Shown piece by piece: positions 16,842 through 26,390 of a DNA stretch of 64,000 nucleotides. The position numbers and the translations under genes were made by a program. The stretch is from assembly GCA_037441385.1 (NCBI GenBank), contig JBBISH010000003.1, forward strand, positions 1-64,000, given 5' to 3'. Positions within the stretch are counted from its first letter, which is position 1. Every line of letters starts with the position of its first letter. The notes beneath the pieces are model-generated. The model saw only the letters and a list, made by a program, of their open reading frames with translations. It did no database searches and had not been told where the DNA came from. Source of the DNA: Myxococcales bacterium (GTDB lineage: Bacteria > Myxococcota_A > UBA9042).

Positions 16842-18482
16842 ATGACTTCCCCACGCGCAAGACGTCTTGAGGCTCCCAAGGCCAGTTGGGGCCATGTCGC
16901 CGTTGCAGCACTAGTGGTCGCCGGGGCTTGCACCAAGGCGCCTGCCCCGGAGCTCCCGCCCCAAGCGCCGGCCGCCGCCCCGCCCGCAGCACCAGCACCC
17001 GCGCCGGCGCCAGCCACGCCCACCCAAGCTCAAGCGATTCCCGCGCCCGCTGGTGTGGCAGCGGCGGTCACTCCTGTTGCCGCTGCGGCGGTTCCTGCTG
17101 CTGCCCCGCCGACATCGGTGCCCTTGTCGCGCTTCTGGGCCCCGATATTCGTCCAGGGTAACCGCTGGACGTACAAGATTCATGGCACGACGACGGACGA
17201 GGGCGTGGAAAGGAAGACAGACGGGGTCAAAACGTGCTCGGTGCAAAGCGTGACGACCCTGGACGCCGCAACGGTCGCCAAGGTGACCTGCCAGGACAAC
17301 GCGAGCAAGGGAGCGGTGCCGATTGACGCATACTATGTCGCGACTCAGCGCGGCTTGTGGCAGTCGTGGGCGATGCCGTCGGCGGCAAGTCTGCCCGGCC
17401 TGTTTGCCCAACCTCCGCTGCTGCTCAACCCACCGCGGCCTTGGTCGCACGAGGACAAGTCAGAAGGAGACGGCTGGCTCAGCAACACTTCGGCCATGGT
17501 ATTCGAGCGCTTGGCGGTCGCCGGGCGCGGCACGGTGGAGGCCTACTGCAACAAGACTACTTCCTTCCAGGGCGGTGGAGACGCCAGCAAGACGTGCTTT
17601 GCCGCGGACGTGGGCTACGTCCTACACGCCGACGAAGGCGGCGAGGAAAGCTGGACCACCAACTCTGAGAAGCTCATCGACAGCCAGGTGGCGCCCCCGG
17701 TCGCCGATCCGCCGCTGGGCCCAGTCCCCGGCGAGTATGCGGGCAAGCCTTCGGTGGTGAGTGTGGCTATGGCTGCCGAGGCCGCAGGGCTCCAATGCAT
17801 GAGCGCACTGCCGGCCCTATTTGCGGCGGGTTTGAGTGCCAGTCCCTCGCTCCTTGGCGACCGCGCCTTGCGCCTGCCGTCGGGTTGGGGCGAGTCGCGC
17901 AGCGATGTTCGCCCAGAGCACTTGGTCTACCGTGGCAAGGTGCCGGCCACCAAGTGCAAGCTCACCATCGAGTTGCGAAATGGACTCGTGCAACGCATCG
18001 GCAGCGATTTCAAGAGCAAGCCGATCGCCAACGAAGCGCTGGCCGTTCTGGGCACTCCAACCTCTCACCGCGACCTTGCCCAGGGCGGGGCGCTCGATAG
18101 CTTTGCCTTTGGCGACGCGGTCCTGGTTGTCTATCGCCCAGGGGTGGCGGCCCCCGACAACGAATGGTGGCTCTACGACCCGCGCCAGTGGGCCGCCATC
18201 AAGGAGACGGACGGCCAGATTTGGACAGCCTTTGGATTCAACGACGTAGCTATGGCCTTGGAGGCGCAAAAGCCGATGGACCCGGTCGCGGTCGCGGGCT
18301 TCTATCAAAAGGCCGTCGAAGCGTTCGCCCCCTATCCCCGGGCCCACCTCCGCCTCTGCAAGGTCTTGGCCAAGGCGAAGCTGGACCCAGCCCGCGCGCG
18401 CAAGGAATGCTCCGAGGCCATCAAGTCCGTGGTCGACGACGTGCGCACGCAGGCGGCCAACCTTCTGGAGAAGCTGCCGTAG
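16842..18482 (+). CDS. Hypothetical lipoprotein (Pro/Ala linker, beta domain, C-terminal TPR-like); paralog of 33083-34726
   Basis: AAGGAG RBS; lipobox VAGAC; full-length similarity to the 33083 protein. Confidence 0.85.
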   Translation: MTSPRARRLEAPKASWGHVAVAALVVAGACTKAPAPELPPQAPAAAPPAAPAPAPAPATPTQAQAIPAPAGVAAAVTPVAAAAVPAAAPPTSVPLSRFWAPIFVQGNRWTYKIHGTTTDEGVERKTDGVKTCSVQSVTTLDAATVAKVTCQDNASKGAVPIDAYYVATQRGLWQSWAMPSAASLPGLFAQPPLLLNPPRPWSHEDKSEGDGWLSNTSAMVFERLAVAGRGTVEAYCNKTTSFQGGGDASKTCFAADVGYVLHADEGGEESWTTNSEKLIDSQVAPPVADPPLGPVPGEYAGKPSVVSVAMAAEAAGLQCMSALPALFAAGLSASPSLLGDRALRLPSGWGESRSDVRPEHLVYRGKVPATKCKLTIELRNGLVQRIGSDFKSKPIANEALAVLGTPTSHRDLAQGGALDSFAFGDAVLVVYRPGVAAPDNEWWLYDPRQWAAIKETDGQIWTAFGFNDVAMALEAQKPMDPVAVAGFYQKAVEAFAPYPRAHLRLCKVLAKAKLDPARARKECSEAIKSVVDDVRTQAANLLEKLP

Positions 18483-18536
18483 CCTGGCTAGCGCGGTAAA
18501 CGGCCGGAAATCGGATTGATTCCGTTGGGAGGCGAC

Positions 18537-20672
18537 ATGGTGTTCGGCACGGCAGGGTGGCGCGGAGTTCGCTGTCTAACGTACATGCTCGCCCTCGGCG
18601 TGGCGGGCAGCGCCGCGGCCGAGCCTCCTCGCGTGGTCACTGGGCCCATTCAGTTCCCCAGCGATCCTGCGGGTTCCACGCGGCACCAACTGACCGTCTC
18701 TGCGATGCCTCCCACCACCGCGTCCGTGGCGCTGCCGCGCTCTGGCGCTGATGCGGTCTACGACATTGGTCCCATGGTGAGTCGAAGCATCGGCGAAGTC
18801 CGAATGCGCCACTTCGACCCTCGCGGCTTGGAGAAGGCGGACTTGGGCTTGTGGCTGAATCGCCTGAACCTGCAATGCCGTGGGAGCGCAACTCGGGTGC
18901 AGTGCACGATCGACTACGATCTAGTCGTCAAGCGCCTGCCCGACACTGAGTTGCTGCACAAGGCCGGCGTTGCGGCAGGGTCTCAAGTCCCCCTGGCCGC
19001 TGCTGGACCGGATGCGGCCGCGGCGCAGGCACAAGAGGCGCAGGCAGTTGGGACGGCGGTCGGCGGCGCCGTTGCGGCCTTCGCGGTGGCCTTCGACAAA
19101 CACCTGGACGGCGCACACGACGTACTCAGTATCGAAAACCCGGCAGCTGTTGCGGCCAAGACCCGCGAAGAGCTGCAGCGACTGTGGTACCTGGACATCC
19201 GTGCAGTGCTCGAGGGCAAGAGCCGCAACGATCGCACGCTGGGCAGTTGCTTCTTGACCATCGATGAGTACCTGAACGAAGGCAAGTGCACCGATGAAGT
19301 CGAATTGCCCGTGTGCGTGCCCATGGCCCTGGCTGCGGGTGTGTACCAAAAGGCCGACTTGGCCGCATGGCGAAACGAGGCCATCCGGAAGGCCATTGCG
19401 GACGAGTTGCCAGCCGAAGATGCCCCAGAGTTTGGGGCCGTCCACCCCATGGAGGATCGACTCGTCTTTCGGCAAGCCATCGTCCCAGGCGTGACCGACC
19501 TGGGCGTCACTGGCGGGATGGTGAGTCACCTTCTTTGGGACAACGAATCCCGACAGGTGATCTACGTCAAGATCCTTGGGCGCTTCGAGGCGCGCGCCTT
19601 GGGCGGGGGCAATGGCGTCGTCCGCGCCGTATCCTTGACCGGAGGGGCTCCGATCGAAATCGACAAGCTGGACAAGGCCCTGACCGTCGAGTCGATCGAG
19701 GACGTGTCGATGGAGGGGCGGGAGTTGGTCATCAAGATTGCGGGCGGCAAAGTGACCCGGCTGTCGCTGGCGTCGCTGCCCAAGGCCGCCGACGACGGTT
19801 GGCGCCTGGATACCGAGGGAGTCTGGCAGGCTCGACTGCATTCGCGTCATTGGAGCGCGCAATTGCGCGACAGCCGGCGGCCACTCGATGTCCCCGTCAG
19901 CGCCCACCGCTACGGCCGCCTGCCCGCACCACTCCTGTTCGTCAGGGCCCCCGACAATCGCGAGATCGGCCCAAGCTACGAGGATTTGCTGGCGGCACGG
20001 ATCGCCCAGATCGTTCGCTGGGGCGACTTTGCTCGCGCGCGCGTTCTACTGAAACGGGCTGAGGAATTCTCGTCGCCCGAAAAGCTCGTCCGCCTAAACA
20101 AGGATGCCGAAGCGGCCACCCAGGCCTTTGGAGCTCGGCTGAGCGCCGACGTCAGGGCCGTGGCGACGATGGAAGAGGCGCGACTGAAGGTGGAAGGCCA
20201 AGAGGAAGCGCGACGGCTGGTGGTCCAAGCCGAAATGGCCTTCAAGAAGAAGCACTGGGAGGAGGCCGAGCAATTGGCCAATTCAGCACGCGAACGGGAC
20301 TCCAGCAACGAGCGCGCCGCACAAATCGCCGATCAGGCGCGCAGCATCCGCCAGGCCGCCGAAGCCGAAGCCGAGCAGCGGCGAGTGCAGCGCGAACAAG
20401 GCAAGATCCTGGCGTCCGTACCGCGGCTGAAAGCGCAGTGCATGTCGGCATTCAGTTACTACCAGAGGGCCGTGCAAGTCGCCCGGAACGCCGCGGTTCA
20501 CGGCAATGTTGGGCTGGCGCGACGGGCGGAGGCTGGAGTCCAAACCGCGGTCGCCCGGGTTCGCGAGGCGCAACAGCAATTGCGCGCGGCGATCGCCATC
20601 TACCGCAGTCGCGGCGAGCACAACGCGGCCCGTGCCATTGAACAGGAGTCCTATCAATGCCTTCGCCTGTAG
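18537..20672 (+). CDS. Secreted hypothetical protein with C-terminal TPR/coiled-coil region
   Basis: GGAGG RBS; signal peptide; long ORF with helical C-terminus. Confidence 0.75.
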   Translation: MVFGTAGWRGVRCLTYMLALGVAGSAAAEPPRVVTGPIQFPSDPAGSTRHQLTVSAMPPTTASVALPRSGADAVYDIGPMVSRSIGEVRMRHFDPRGLEKADLGLWLNRLNLQCRGSATRVQCTIDYDLVVKRLPDTELLHKAGVAAGSQVPLAAAGPDAAAAQAQEAQAVGTAVGGAVAAFAVAFDKHLDGAHDVLSIENPAAVAAKTREELQRLWYLDIRAVLEGKSRNDRTLGSCFLTIDEYLNEGKCTDEVELPVCVPMALAAGVYQKADLAAWRNEAIRKAIADELPAEDAPEFGAVHPMEDRLVFRQAIVPGVTDLGVTGGMVSHLLWDNESRQVIYVKILGRFEARALGGGNGVVRAVSLTGGAPIEIDKLDKALTVESIEDVSMEGRELVIKIAGGKVTRLSLASLPKAADDGWRLDTEGVWQARLHSRHWSAQLRDSRRPLDVPVSAHRYGRLPAPLLFVRAPDNREIGPSYEDLLAARIAQIVRWGDFARARVLLKRAEEFSSPEKLVRLNKDAEAATQAFGARLSADVRAVATMEEARLKVEGQEEARRLVVQAEMAFKKKHWEEAEQLANSARERDSSNERAAQIADQARSIRQAAEAEAEQRRVQREQGKILASVPRLKAQCMSAFSYYQRAVQVARNAAVHGNVGLARRAEAGVQTAVARVREAQQQLRAAIAIYRSRGEHNAARAIEQESYQCLRL

Positions 20673-22930
20673 TTCGTGGACGGTACCGGAATTATCGGCG
20701 CGCGATGGCCGGCGCCCTGGCGGCGGGCCTTGCCGTGCAATTGCCCGGATGTGCGTCTACCGTGTCCGAAAAGTTCCTGCGCAAGGACTACGGTGAGGCA
20801 GTGGCCGTCCGGGAAGAGTTGGCGAAGAGAGACACCACCGAAATCACCGCCCGATGCGCAAACGGCCGCCTGGAGGTTACGGCAAAGAACCACATGCCTT
20901 GCCAACTAAACTGGCATCGGCCTTTCGACGAGTACGAAGTGGTGCGCACGTCCCGTCAGGACGGAAGCGACAAGAACGAAGTCAGCTGGATCTACGTAGT
21001 TGCAGGCATCGGTCTCATCGGCTTGGGCTCGTACTACCTGGCAACTGCCTCCGAGCGCCCAGAAGTCGCGCCGCCGCTGCCCAGCGATTGCCCAACCGGG
21101 CAGACCGACAACACCGAGGCGCGGTGCAAGCCGGCAACGACACGCGGCCAACAAGAAGGAATTGGGTTGCTGTCGATTGGCCTCGGCGCCCTGTTTACCC
21201 CCTTTGGCTTCACCAACTACGCGACCGGCCTGGGCGACAAAGAGAAGAAGGTGCGCAGCGGCAAAGAGCCCTACCGCAAGGAGTTGGCGCGGTGCAAGCC
21301 CCACGATTCAACTCCGCTATTGGTCAAGGTCCATTGGCCCGACGGTAGCGAAGCCATCGTCGACATGAAGGACGGCAGGGGCTCTGCGCCGCTGCCGGCC
21401 GCAGACATGACTGAGCGTTGGGCCAGCGGCGGCCGAATCGAGCTCAGTGCAGACGACGACACGGCGGAGCTTGCCGTGGTGGATTGCGAAGACGCGGTGC
21501 GGACGATCGAGGCCAAGAAGGCCCGCGACGAAGCGGCACGAGCGCGCCAGGTTGCCGACAACGAACAGCGTGCCCGCGATGAAGCAGCCAAGAAAGAGGC
21601 TGAGGAACGCGCCGCAGCCCAGGCGGCCGCAGCCGCAGCCGATCTGCGATCCGCCAGCGAGCGGGCCGAGTTGTTGGATGTTTGGGACACCTCGCGCGGC
21701 GATATCGTGTCGATCACACCCCTGCCCGACGAAGGCTACCAAGTCGTAACGACCAAAGGTGAAGTCTGGGTCACCCAGGACGGGGGCATGACCTGGATCA
21801 AGCGCGCGGGCGCCGCACCGGCGTTTGAAAAGGCGATCGCCACTGCCGGAGCCGAGTTGAGGCTGACGGTAACCCAAGCTGGCGTCGTAGTGGAGCGCGG
21901 TTCGACCGAGTTGTTCCGGGCCGGACCGCCCTCAGGTGCGCCGAGCGGCGCCATCGTCGACGCCGATGCGCTGCCCGGTGGCCGCGGCAACATGGTCGCG
22001 CTGCTCTATGCGAACAGCGTGCTGCTGGGCCAGGCGGATGGGACCTGGCGATCGCGGGCGCTGCCAGGCGGAAGTCAGGGGAGTTCGGTGTTCTTGCGCG
22101 GCAGCGGTGGCAAGACAGTCTTCGTCCTCGACACCGCGGGCCGCGTTTGGCGGTCAGACGATGGGGATTTCACGGGCGTGGAGGCCCTGGCCGAAGCTGG
22201 CCCGATTGCTGCCGTGACGGGTGCTTGGGGACGCGCCCCGGATCTGTACGCGCTTGCACGCAACGGCTCGTGGTGGACGAGTTCAGACGGGGGCAGCAAC
22301 TGGTCGCGATTTGGCGTCCCGCTGGACTCGGCTCAGCTTGGCGAGCCGGTCGCCCTGGCCGTGCACCCTCGCTACGCCGTGGTGATCGGCGCGGTGTATC
22401 GCCGCGGGGTGGTTTGGAGCTTTGACGGCGGGCGTCGCTGGCGAACGGCCGTGGGGGTACGCGAAGGCGCGCTGGCTGATGCACATGGAATTCGCTGGGT
22501 TGGCCACACTGCGGTCGTTTGGGGCGGGCGCCGCACCGGCATCGTGCGGCTGGTCGACGTGCAGGAGCGGGCAACTTTCGCCGAAAAGGAAAGCGGCGAG
22601 AGTGGCCAGGTACTTTTTGCCTCCGGAAAGGCGCAACTCCAGCCTGAAGCTACCGTGCAACTCCGGCCGATCGCGCAGAAACTCTTGAGTCACACAGCCG
22701 TTATCGCCCGAGTCGAAGGTCACACCGATGCCCAAGGCGACGCGGACAAGAACCTGCAACTCAGCCGTGAGCGAGCCGAATCCGTGCGTCAAGCACTGAT
22801 CGGCTTGGGGGTGCCCGGCGACCGGATTACGACCGCGGGCTTCGGCTCGTCGCGCCCCATCGCCACGGCCGACGCGCAGGGGCGGTCGGCGCGCAATCGC
22901 CGGGTAGAGGTTATCTTGGTGCTCCCATAG
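20657..22930 (+). CDS. Lipoprotein with membrane hairpin, BNR/Asp-box propeller and C-terminal OmpA peptidoglycan-binding domain
   Basis: LPGC lipobox; TQDGGMTW, SSDGGSNW, SFDGGRRW; FASGKA, VEGHTD, NLQLSRERA, NRRVEV. Confidence 0.88.
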   Translation: MPSPVVRGRYRNYRRAMAGALAAGLAVQLPGCASTVSEKFLRKDYGEAVAVREELAKRDTTEITARCANGRLEVTAKNHMPCQLNWHRPFDEYEVVRTSRQDGSDKNEVSWIYVVAGIGLIGLGSYYLATASERPEVAPPLPSDCPTGQTDNTEARCKPATTRGQQEGIGLLSIGLGALFTPFGFTNYATGLGDKEKKVRSGKEPYRKELARCKPHDSTPLLVKVHWPDGSEAIVDMKDGRGSAPLPAADMTERWASGGRIELSADDDTAELAVVDCEDAVRTIEAKKARDEAARARQVADNEQRARDEAAKKEAEERAAAQAAAAAADLRSASERAELLDVWDTSRGDIVSITPLPDEGYQVVTTKGEVWVTQDGGMTWIKRAGAAPAFEKAIATAGAELRLTVTQAGVVVERGSTELFRAGPPSGAPSGAIVDADALPGGRGNMVALLYANSVLLGQADGTWRSRALPGGSQGSSVFLRGSGGKTVFVLDTAGRVWRSDDGDFTGVEALAEAGPIAAVTGAWGRAPDLYALARNGSWWTSSDGGSNWSRFGVPLDSAQLGEPVALAVHPRYAVVIGAVYRRGVVWSFDGGRRWRTAVGVREGALADAHGIRWVGHTAVVWGGRRTGIVRLVDVQERATFAEKESGESGQVLFASGKAQLQPEATVQLRPIAQKLLSHTAVIARVEGHTDAQGDADKNLQLSRERAESVRQALIGLGVPGDRITTAGFGSSRPIATADAQGRSARNRRVEVILVLP

Positions 22931-23028
22931 AGGCGCGACCAACCCATAGGCAATCCTTCCGCACCTGCGGCGTCCTCGCAGCGGTCGCTCGCAGCGGTGG
23001 AGCGAAGGGAGCGATCGATGGTGAGCAG

Positions 23029-24447
23029 TTGAGCAACGCAGCACCTTGCGAACCTGGGGGGCCCAGGGCCAAAGCAGGGCCAAAGGCGACCGCGCGCTGT
23101 TCTGGCTTTGGCGCCGAACTCGCCCGCCGAAGCGGATTGGCCAGATTTCGCCGGGTTTTACGCTGCGTTGGCTTGCCTGCAATTGGCAGCATCGTTGCGA
23201 TACTGGCGGCGGCGCCGGCCGTGGCGCTCCCCGCCCTGGTGGTCAGCATCGACGGTTTTGCGCATAGCATGATCGCCAAGCACAAGGCGCGGATGCCTGT
23301 ACTGCAGAAGCTGGCCGCTGGCGGCTACGGCAACCGATTGCTCTCGACCTTTCCGAGCATGACCTGGGCAGCCCATGCCACGATGGTCACCGGCCTGCGA
23401 CCGGGCGAGCACGGCGTGCTGGCCAACCGCTGGCTCGACGCCAAGACCGGCAAGCCCGTGGAAGCGTGGGAGGTGCCGACGCCCATTCGCGCCAGGACCA
23501 TCTGGCAGGCGGCGGCGGAAGCCAAGCTCCAAGTCGCCGCCATTCAATGGCCGAACACGTCGGGCGAGGCCCAGATCACTTGGAACGTCCCTGAAGTCTA
23601 CGGCAGCGCATTTGAACGCGACCTGTCGCCAAGCGCGCGCCGCGAACTGGCAGCCACTGGCTTGCGGCCAGAGGACTTGAAGACATTCGCCGACGAAGAA
23701 GCATTCCTGCTCGACAACCAGTCGCGCGATCTGGCGATCCGGCTTTGGCACGGGCAAGGCCCTGACTTGATGCTGCTGCATTTCCTGGCCGTTGACACGA
23801 TCGCCCACCGCTATGGCCCAGACCACCCTGCGGTTGCGATTGCCGCGGAATATGTCGATCGCATGCTCGGCGAGGTTCTGGCGGCGGCGCAAGCGTCGGC
23901 GCGCGGCAAGGGTCTGGACGTGATCGTGCTTTCGGACCACGGGATGTTGCCCATTGATACCTGGATCAAGACGACCGAGCTGACGGGGGGGGCATCGGGG
24001 CTGGGTGCGGCCGGCGCCAAACTGAAGGCCGTCCAAAATGGCCACTGCGCCTTCCTCTACGGGCTGGCGCCCGAACAGGTCCCCAACTTTGCCGGCTGGG
24101 CAACCGCACGGGTTGCCGGCGTCGAACGTGTGCTTGGTCCGGGCGATCTCAACTCACTCGGTTTTCCGACGCCTACCCGCGATCGCGAGAACCGAATGCC
24201 GGTGGCGATCGTCCTCGCCAGGCCCAACGCCGTGTTCGTCAGTCCCTTCACCAAAACGCTGCCCAAGGGCGGACATGGCTACTTGCCGTCGGCCCCCGAA
24301 CTGGTTGGTATACTGGTGCGCAATGGGCCAAGTTTTGGTGCGCCGCTGCTGGGCGGCAAGGACGTGGAGATGACCGCGGTGGTCGGGCAGATTGCGCACG
24401 CGCTTGGCTTGACCAGCTTTGTGCCAAAGGCCTTGCCGCGGAAGTAG
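23029..24447 (+). CDS. Nucleotide pyrophosphatase/phosphodiesterase (alkaline phosphatase superfamily)
   Basis: VSIDG, FPSMTWAAHATMVTG, D.IAH.YGP, SDHG and GGHGY motifs. True start probably downstream. Confidence 0.88.
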   Translation: MSNAAPCEPGGPRAKAGPKATARCSGFGAELARRSGLARFRRVLRCVGLPAIGSIVAILAAAPAVALPALVVSIDGFAHSMIAKHKARMPVLQKLAAGGYGNRLLSTFPSMTWAAHATMVTGLRPGEHGVLANRWLDAKTGKPVEAWEVPTPIRARTIWQAAAEAKLQVAAIQWPNTSGEAQITWNVPEVYGSAFERDLSPSARRELAATGLRPEDLKTFADEEAFLLDNQSRDLAIRLWHGQGPDLMLLHFLAVDTIAHRYGPDHPAVAIAAEYVDRMLGEVLAAAQASARGKGLDVIVLSDHGMLPIDTWIKTTELTGGASGLGAAGAKLKAVQNGHCAFLYGLAPEQVPNFAGWATARVAGVERVLGPGDLNSLGFPTPTRDRENRMPVAIVLARPNAVFVSPFTKTLPKGGHGYLPSAPELVGILVRNGPSFGAPLLGGKDVEMTAVVGQIAHALGLTSFVPKALPRK

Positions 24448-24507
24448 CGGATCGCGTGAGCGGGCAAGCGCGGCTGGACAGCGCCGTGATCCGCTGGTGG
24501 GGGGGAT

Positions 24508-25815
24508 GTGCTAGCGCCACAGAGCAAGGCAGCACACGCCGGTCGAGCGGCGATCCACGCGGTTGGAGCCTCGCAGCCCGCGGCGCGGCCGGTATCATCG
24601 TCCTTTCGGACTGCGCTCGGCCTGTCCCTTTTGCGGGGGCGTCGGGTCGCCGATCTCTTGCGGCGCTCGACCTGGCTCGCCGGCGTTGTTGCGCTGGCCA
24701 CGCTGCTGCCTCACGGGGGGACGACCAGCAGTGCGGCCGCCGCGGTGTGGCAACTGAACACGCCCAAGCCGCCGAATCGGGCGCTGCTGCTGTTCGCGCC
24801 GCCGCACAAGTGGGTGCACTTGACCGAAGCGCTCTGCCGCGACCACCTGCCTGGGGTCGGCGTCAATACGCTAATCCTCCAGGTCGACTACGCGTTTCAG
24901 TTCCCGTCGCACCCCGAACTGGCCGATGGGGACCTCACGGTGCAGGATGCTGGGCGGCTAGCGGCCACCTGTCGGTCTGCAGGAATTCGCGTCATCCCCC
25001 TGTTCCAGTTGCTTGGGCATCAAGGCTGGAGGCACCACCCTGCGGCCCTGCTGCGGCTGCACCCAGATTGGGCCGAGCGACGCGGGCCCCATCGCGAATC
25101 GATGGCCTGGTGCCCGCAGCAGCCTGGTCTGCTGCCGGTGGTTTTTGACCTGATGGATGATCTGCTGGCGGCGTTCGGGGCCGACGCCATACACGTGGGC
25201 ATGGACGAGGTGCTGGAGTTTGGCGAATGCGCACGCTGCCGCACGGCCGATCGCGGGGACTTGCTGGCAACGCTGATTCGGCAAGTTCACGCCCACATTC
25301 ACGAAAAGCGTGGGGCCACCATGCTGATGTGGGCGGACCGCCTGTTGGATGCCAAGCGCTTGCGGCTCAACGGCTACAGCGCCTCGGCCAATGGCACCTG
25401 GTCTGCCATCGAGTCGATCCCACGGAGCATCGTGCTTTGCGACTGGCAGTACAGGGCGGCCAAGCACTTTCCATCGGTGGCCTACTTGGCCGGGCGCGGG
25501 TTTGTGGTCTGGGGCTCATCGTGGAAATCCCTAGTCGCCATGCGGGGCCTGTTTACGGCGGTGGGCGCGGCTGTCCAGACCGACCCGAGCAAGGCGGCCC
25601 AGAGTGGGACCCTGCAGACCTGCTGGAGTTGCGGCAACGGCGGCGGGCTGCTGCTCCGCGCATTCGCGGGCAAGGCGCCGCGCAACCACCTGGATCGTGA
25701 TGCGATTGCAGTCCTGAACGCCATGCGCACTTGGCACCGCGCCGCCGTCCAGGAGCCGACCCCGCCGGCCGGACCTTTGTTCGTAGGGGCTGCGAGCCAA
25801 GAGGTGGCCAGGTGA
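24508..25815 (+). CDS. GH20-like beta-N-acetylhexosaminidase
   Basis: IPLFQLLGHQ, HVGMDEV (H-x-G-x-D-E catalytic motif), MWADRLL, DWQY. Start uncertain. Confidence 0.85.
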   Translation: MLAPQSKAAHAGRAAIHAVGASQPAARPVSSSFRTALGLSLLRGRRVADLLRRSTWLAGVVALATLLPHGGTTSSAAAAVWQLNTPKPPNRALLLFAPPHKWVHLTEALCRDHLPGVGVNTLILQVDYAFQFPSHPELADGDLTVQDAGRLAATCRSAGIRVIPLFQLLGHQGWRHHPAALLRLHPDWAERRGPHRESMAWCPQQPGLLPVVFDLMDDLLAAFGADAIHVGMDEVLEFGECARCRTADRGDLLATLIRQVHAHIHEKRGATMLMWADRLLDAKRLRLNGYSASANGTWSAIESIPRSIVLCDWQYRAAKHFPSVAYLAGRGFVVWGSSWKSLVAMRGLFTAVGAAVQTDPSKAAQSGTLQTCWSCGNGGGLLLRAFAGKAPRNHLDRDAIAVLNAMRTWHRAAVQEPTPPAGPLFVGAASQEVAR

Positions 25816-25947
25816 TATCAGTTCCGTCCGAATCGGATCGAAAACTCGGGCAATTCTTCGGGCTCGAACCGGGGTCCTCGCCTGATTCTCGCCGGTTGCA
25901 GACCGGGTCAGAGAAGCCGTACAGGCGTGAATCAGACGGGGTTCGTA
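25816..25947 (+). mobile_element. MITE-like element family B, copy 2 (132 bp, TGA duplication)
   Basis: TGA|TATCAGTTCCGTCC...GACGGGGTTCGTA|TGA; imperfect terminal inverted repeats; internal hairpin CGCCTG..TTCTC..CCGGT/ACCGG..GAGAA..CAGGCG. Confidence 0.85.
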
Positions 25948-25965
25948 TGAGAAGCGTCCAGTTCA

Positions 25966-26096
25966 CACGCGATCCAGTGGTGTTGGGTCGAAAGACGGGC
26001 ACTTCTTCGGGCCACGCCCGAGATCCTCTCCTGATTCTAGCACGTTGCACGGCGAGCCTGAGGGACCGTGCAGGTGCGAACCCGTTGGGGTACCCA
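25966..26096 (+). mobile_element. MITE-like element family B, degenerate copy 3 (131 bp, TCA duplication)
   Basis: Shares TCGAAA..CGGGCA.TTCTTCGGGC..CCTGATTCT..GTTGCA..CCGT.CAGG..GGGGT blocks at the same spacing; flanked by TCA on both sides. Confidence 0.7.
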
Positions 26097-26390
26097 TCAG
26101 GACGAACTGGAGCGAGGTCCTGCGCGAAAAGTTGGCCCACAGGGGGATTGACGGTCGACACTGGCCAGCCGATCGTGGGCGAACGCCGCAAGATCGAGGG
26201 GACCGAGCCGGCCAATCTGCCGGCGCAGAGTCGCGACCAACCGAAACTCGTCGGCCAGGAGCCGGGATTCGAGTTCGATGCTCTGCGGTGGCCTGACGCG
26301 GAAGGCGCCCAGTGCAAGCGCAAACGATATGGGTGCTGTATGCAGCAAGATCGGACAGCAAGGGCCAATCGCCGAGCAGCGGGGCAAGCG

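Noticed and set aside
1..22930. EGF lipoprotein plus OmpA protein as a TraA/TraB kin-recognition pair
   Set aside because: The genes are ~18 kb apart, no PA14-like domain is visible, and the OmpA protein has a propeller rather than a beta-barrel
22931..23100. Short direct repeats (TCGCAGCGGT x2, CAGGGCCAAAG x2) and weak similarity to the 35030 element
   Set aside because: Too short and degenerate to support a call
25731..26390. N-terminal ~200 aa of ORF 25731-27524
   Set aside because: Runs through two MITE copies and overlaps the GH20 gene; the signal peptide appears only after ~26391
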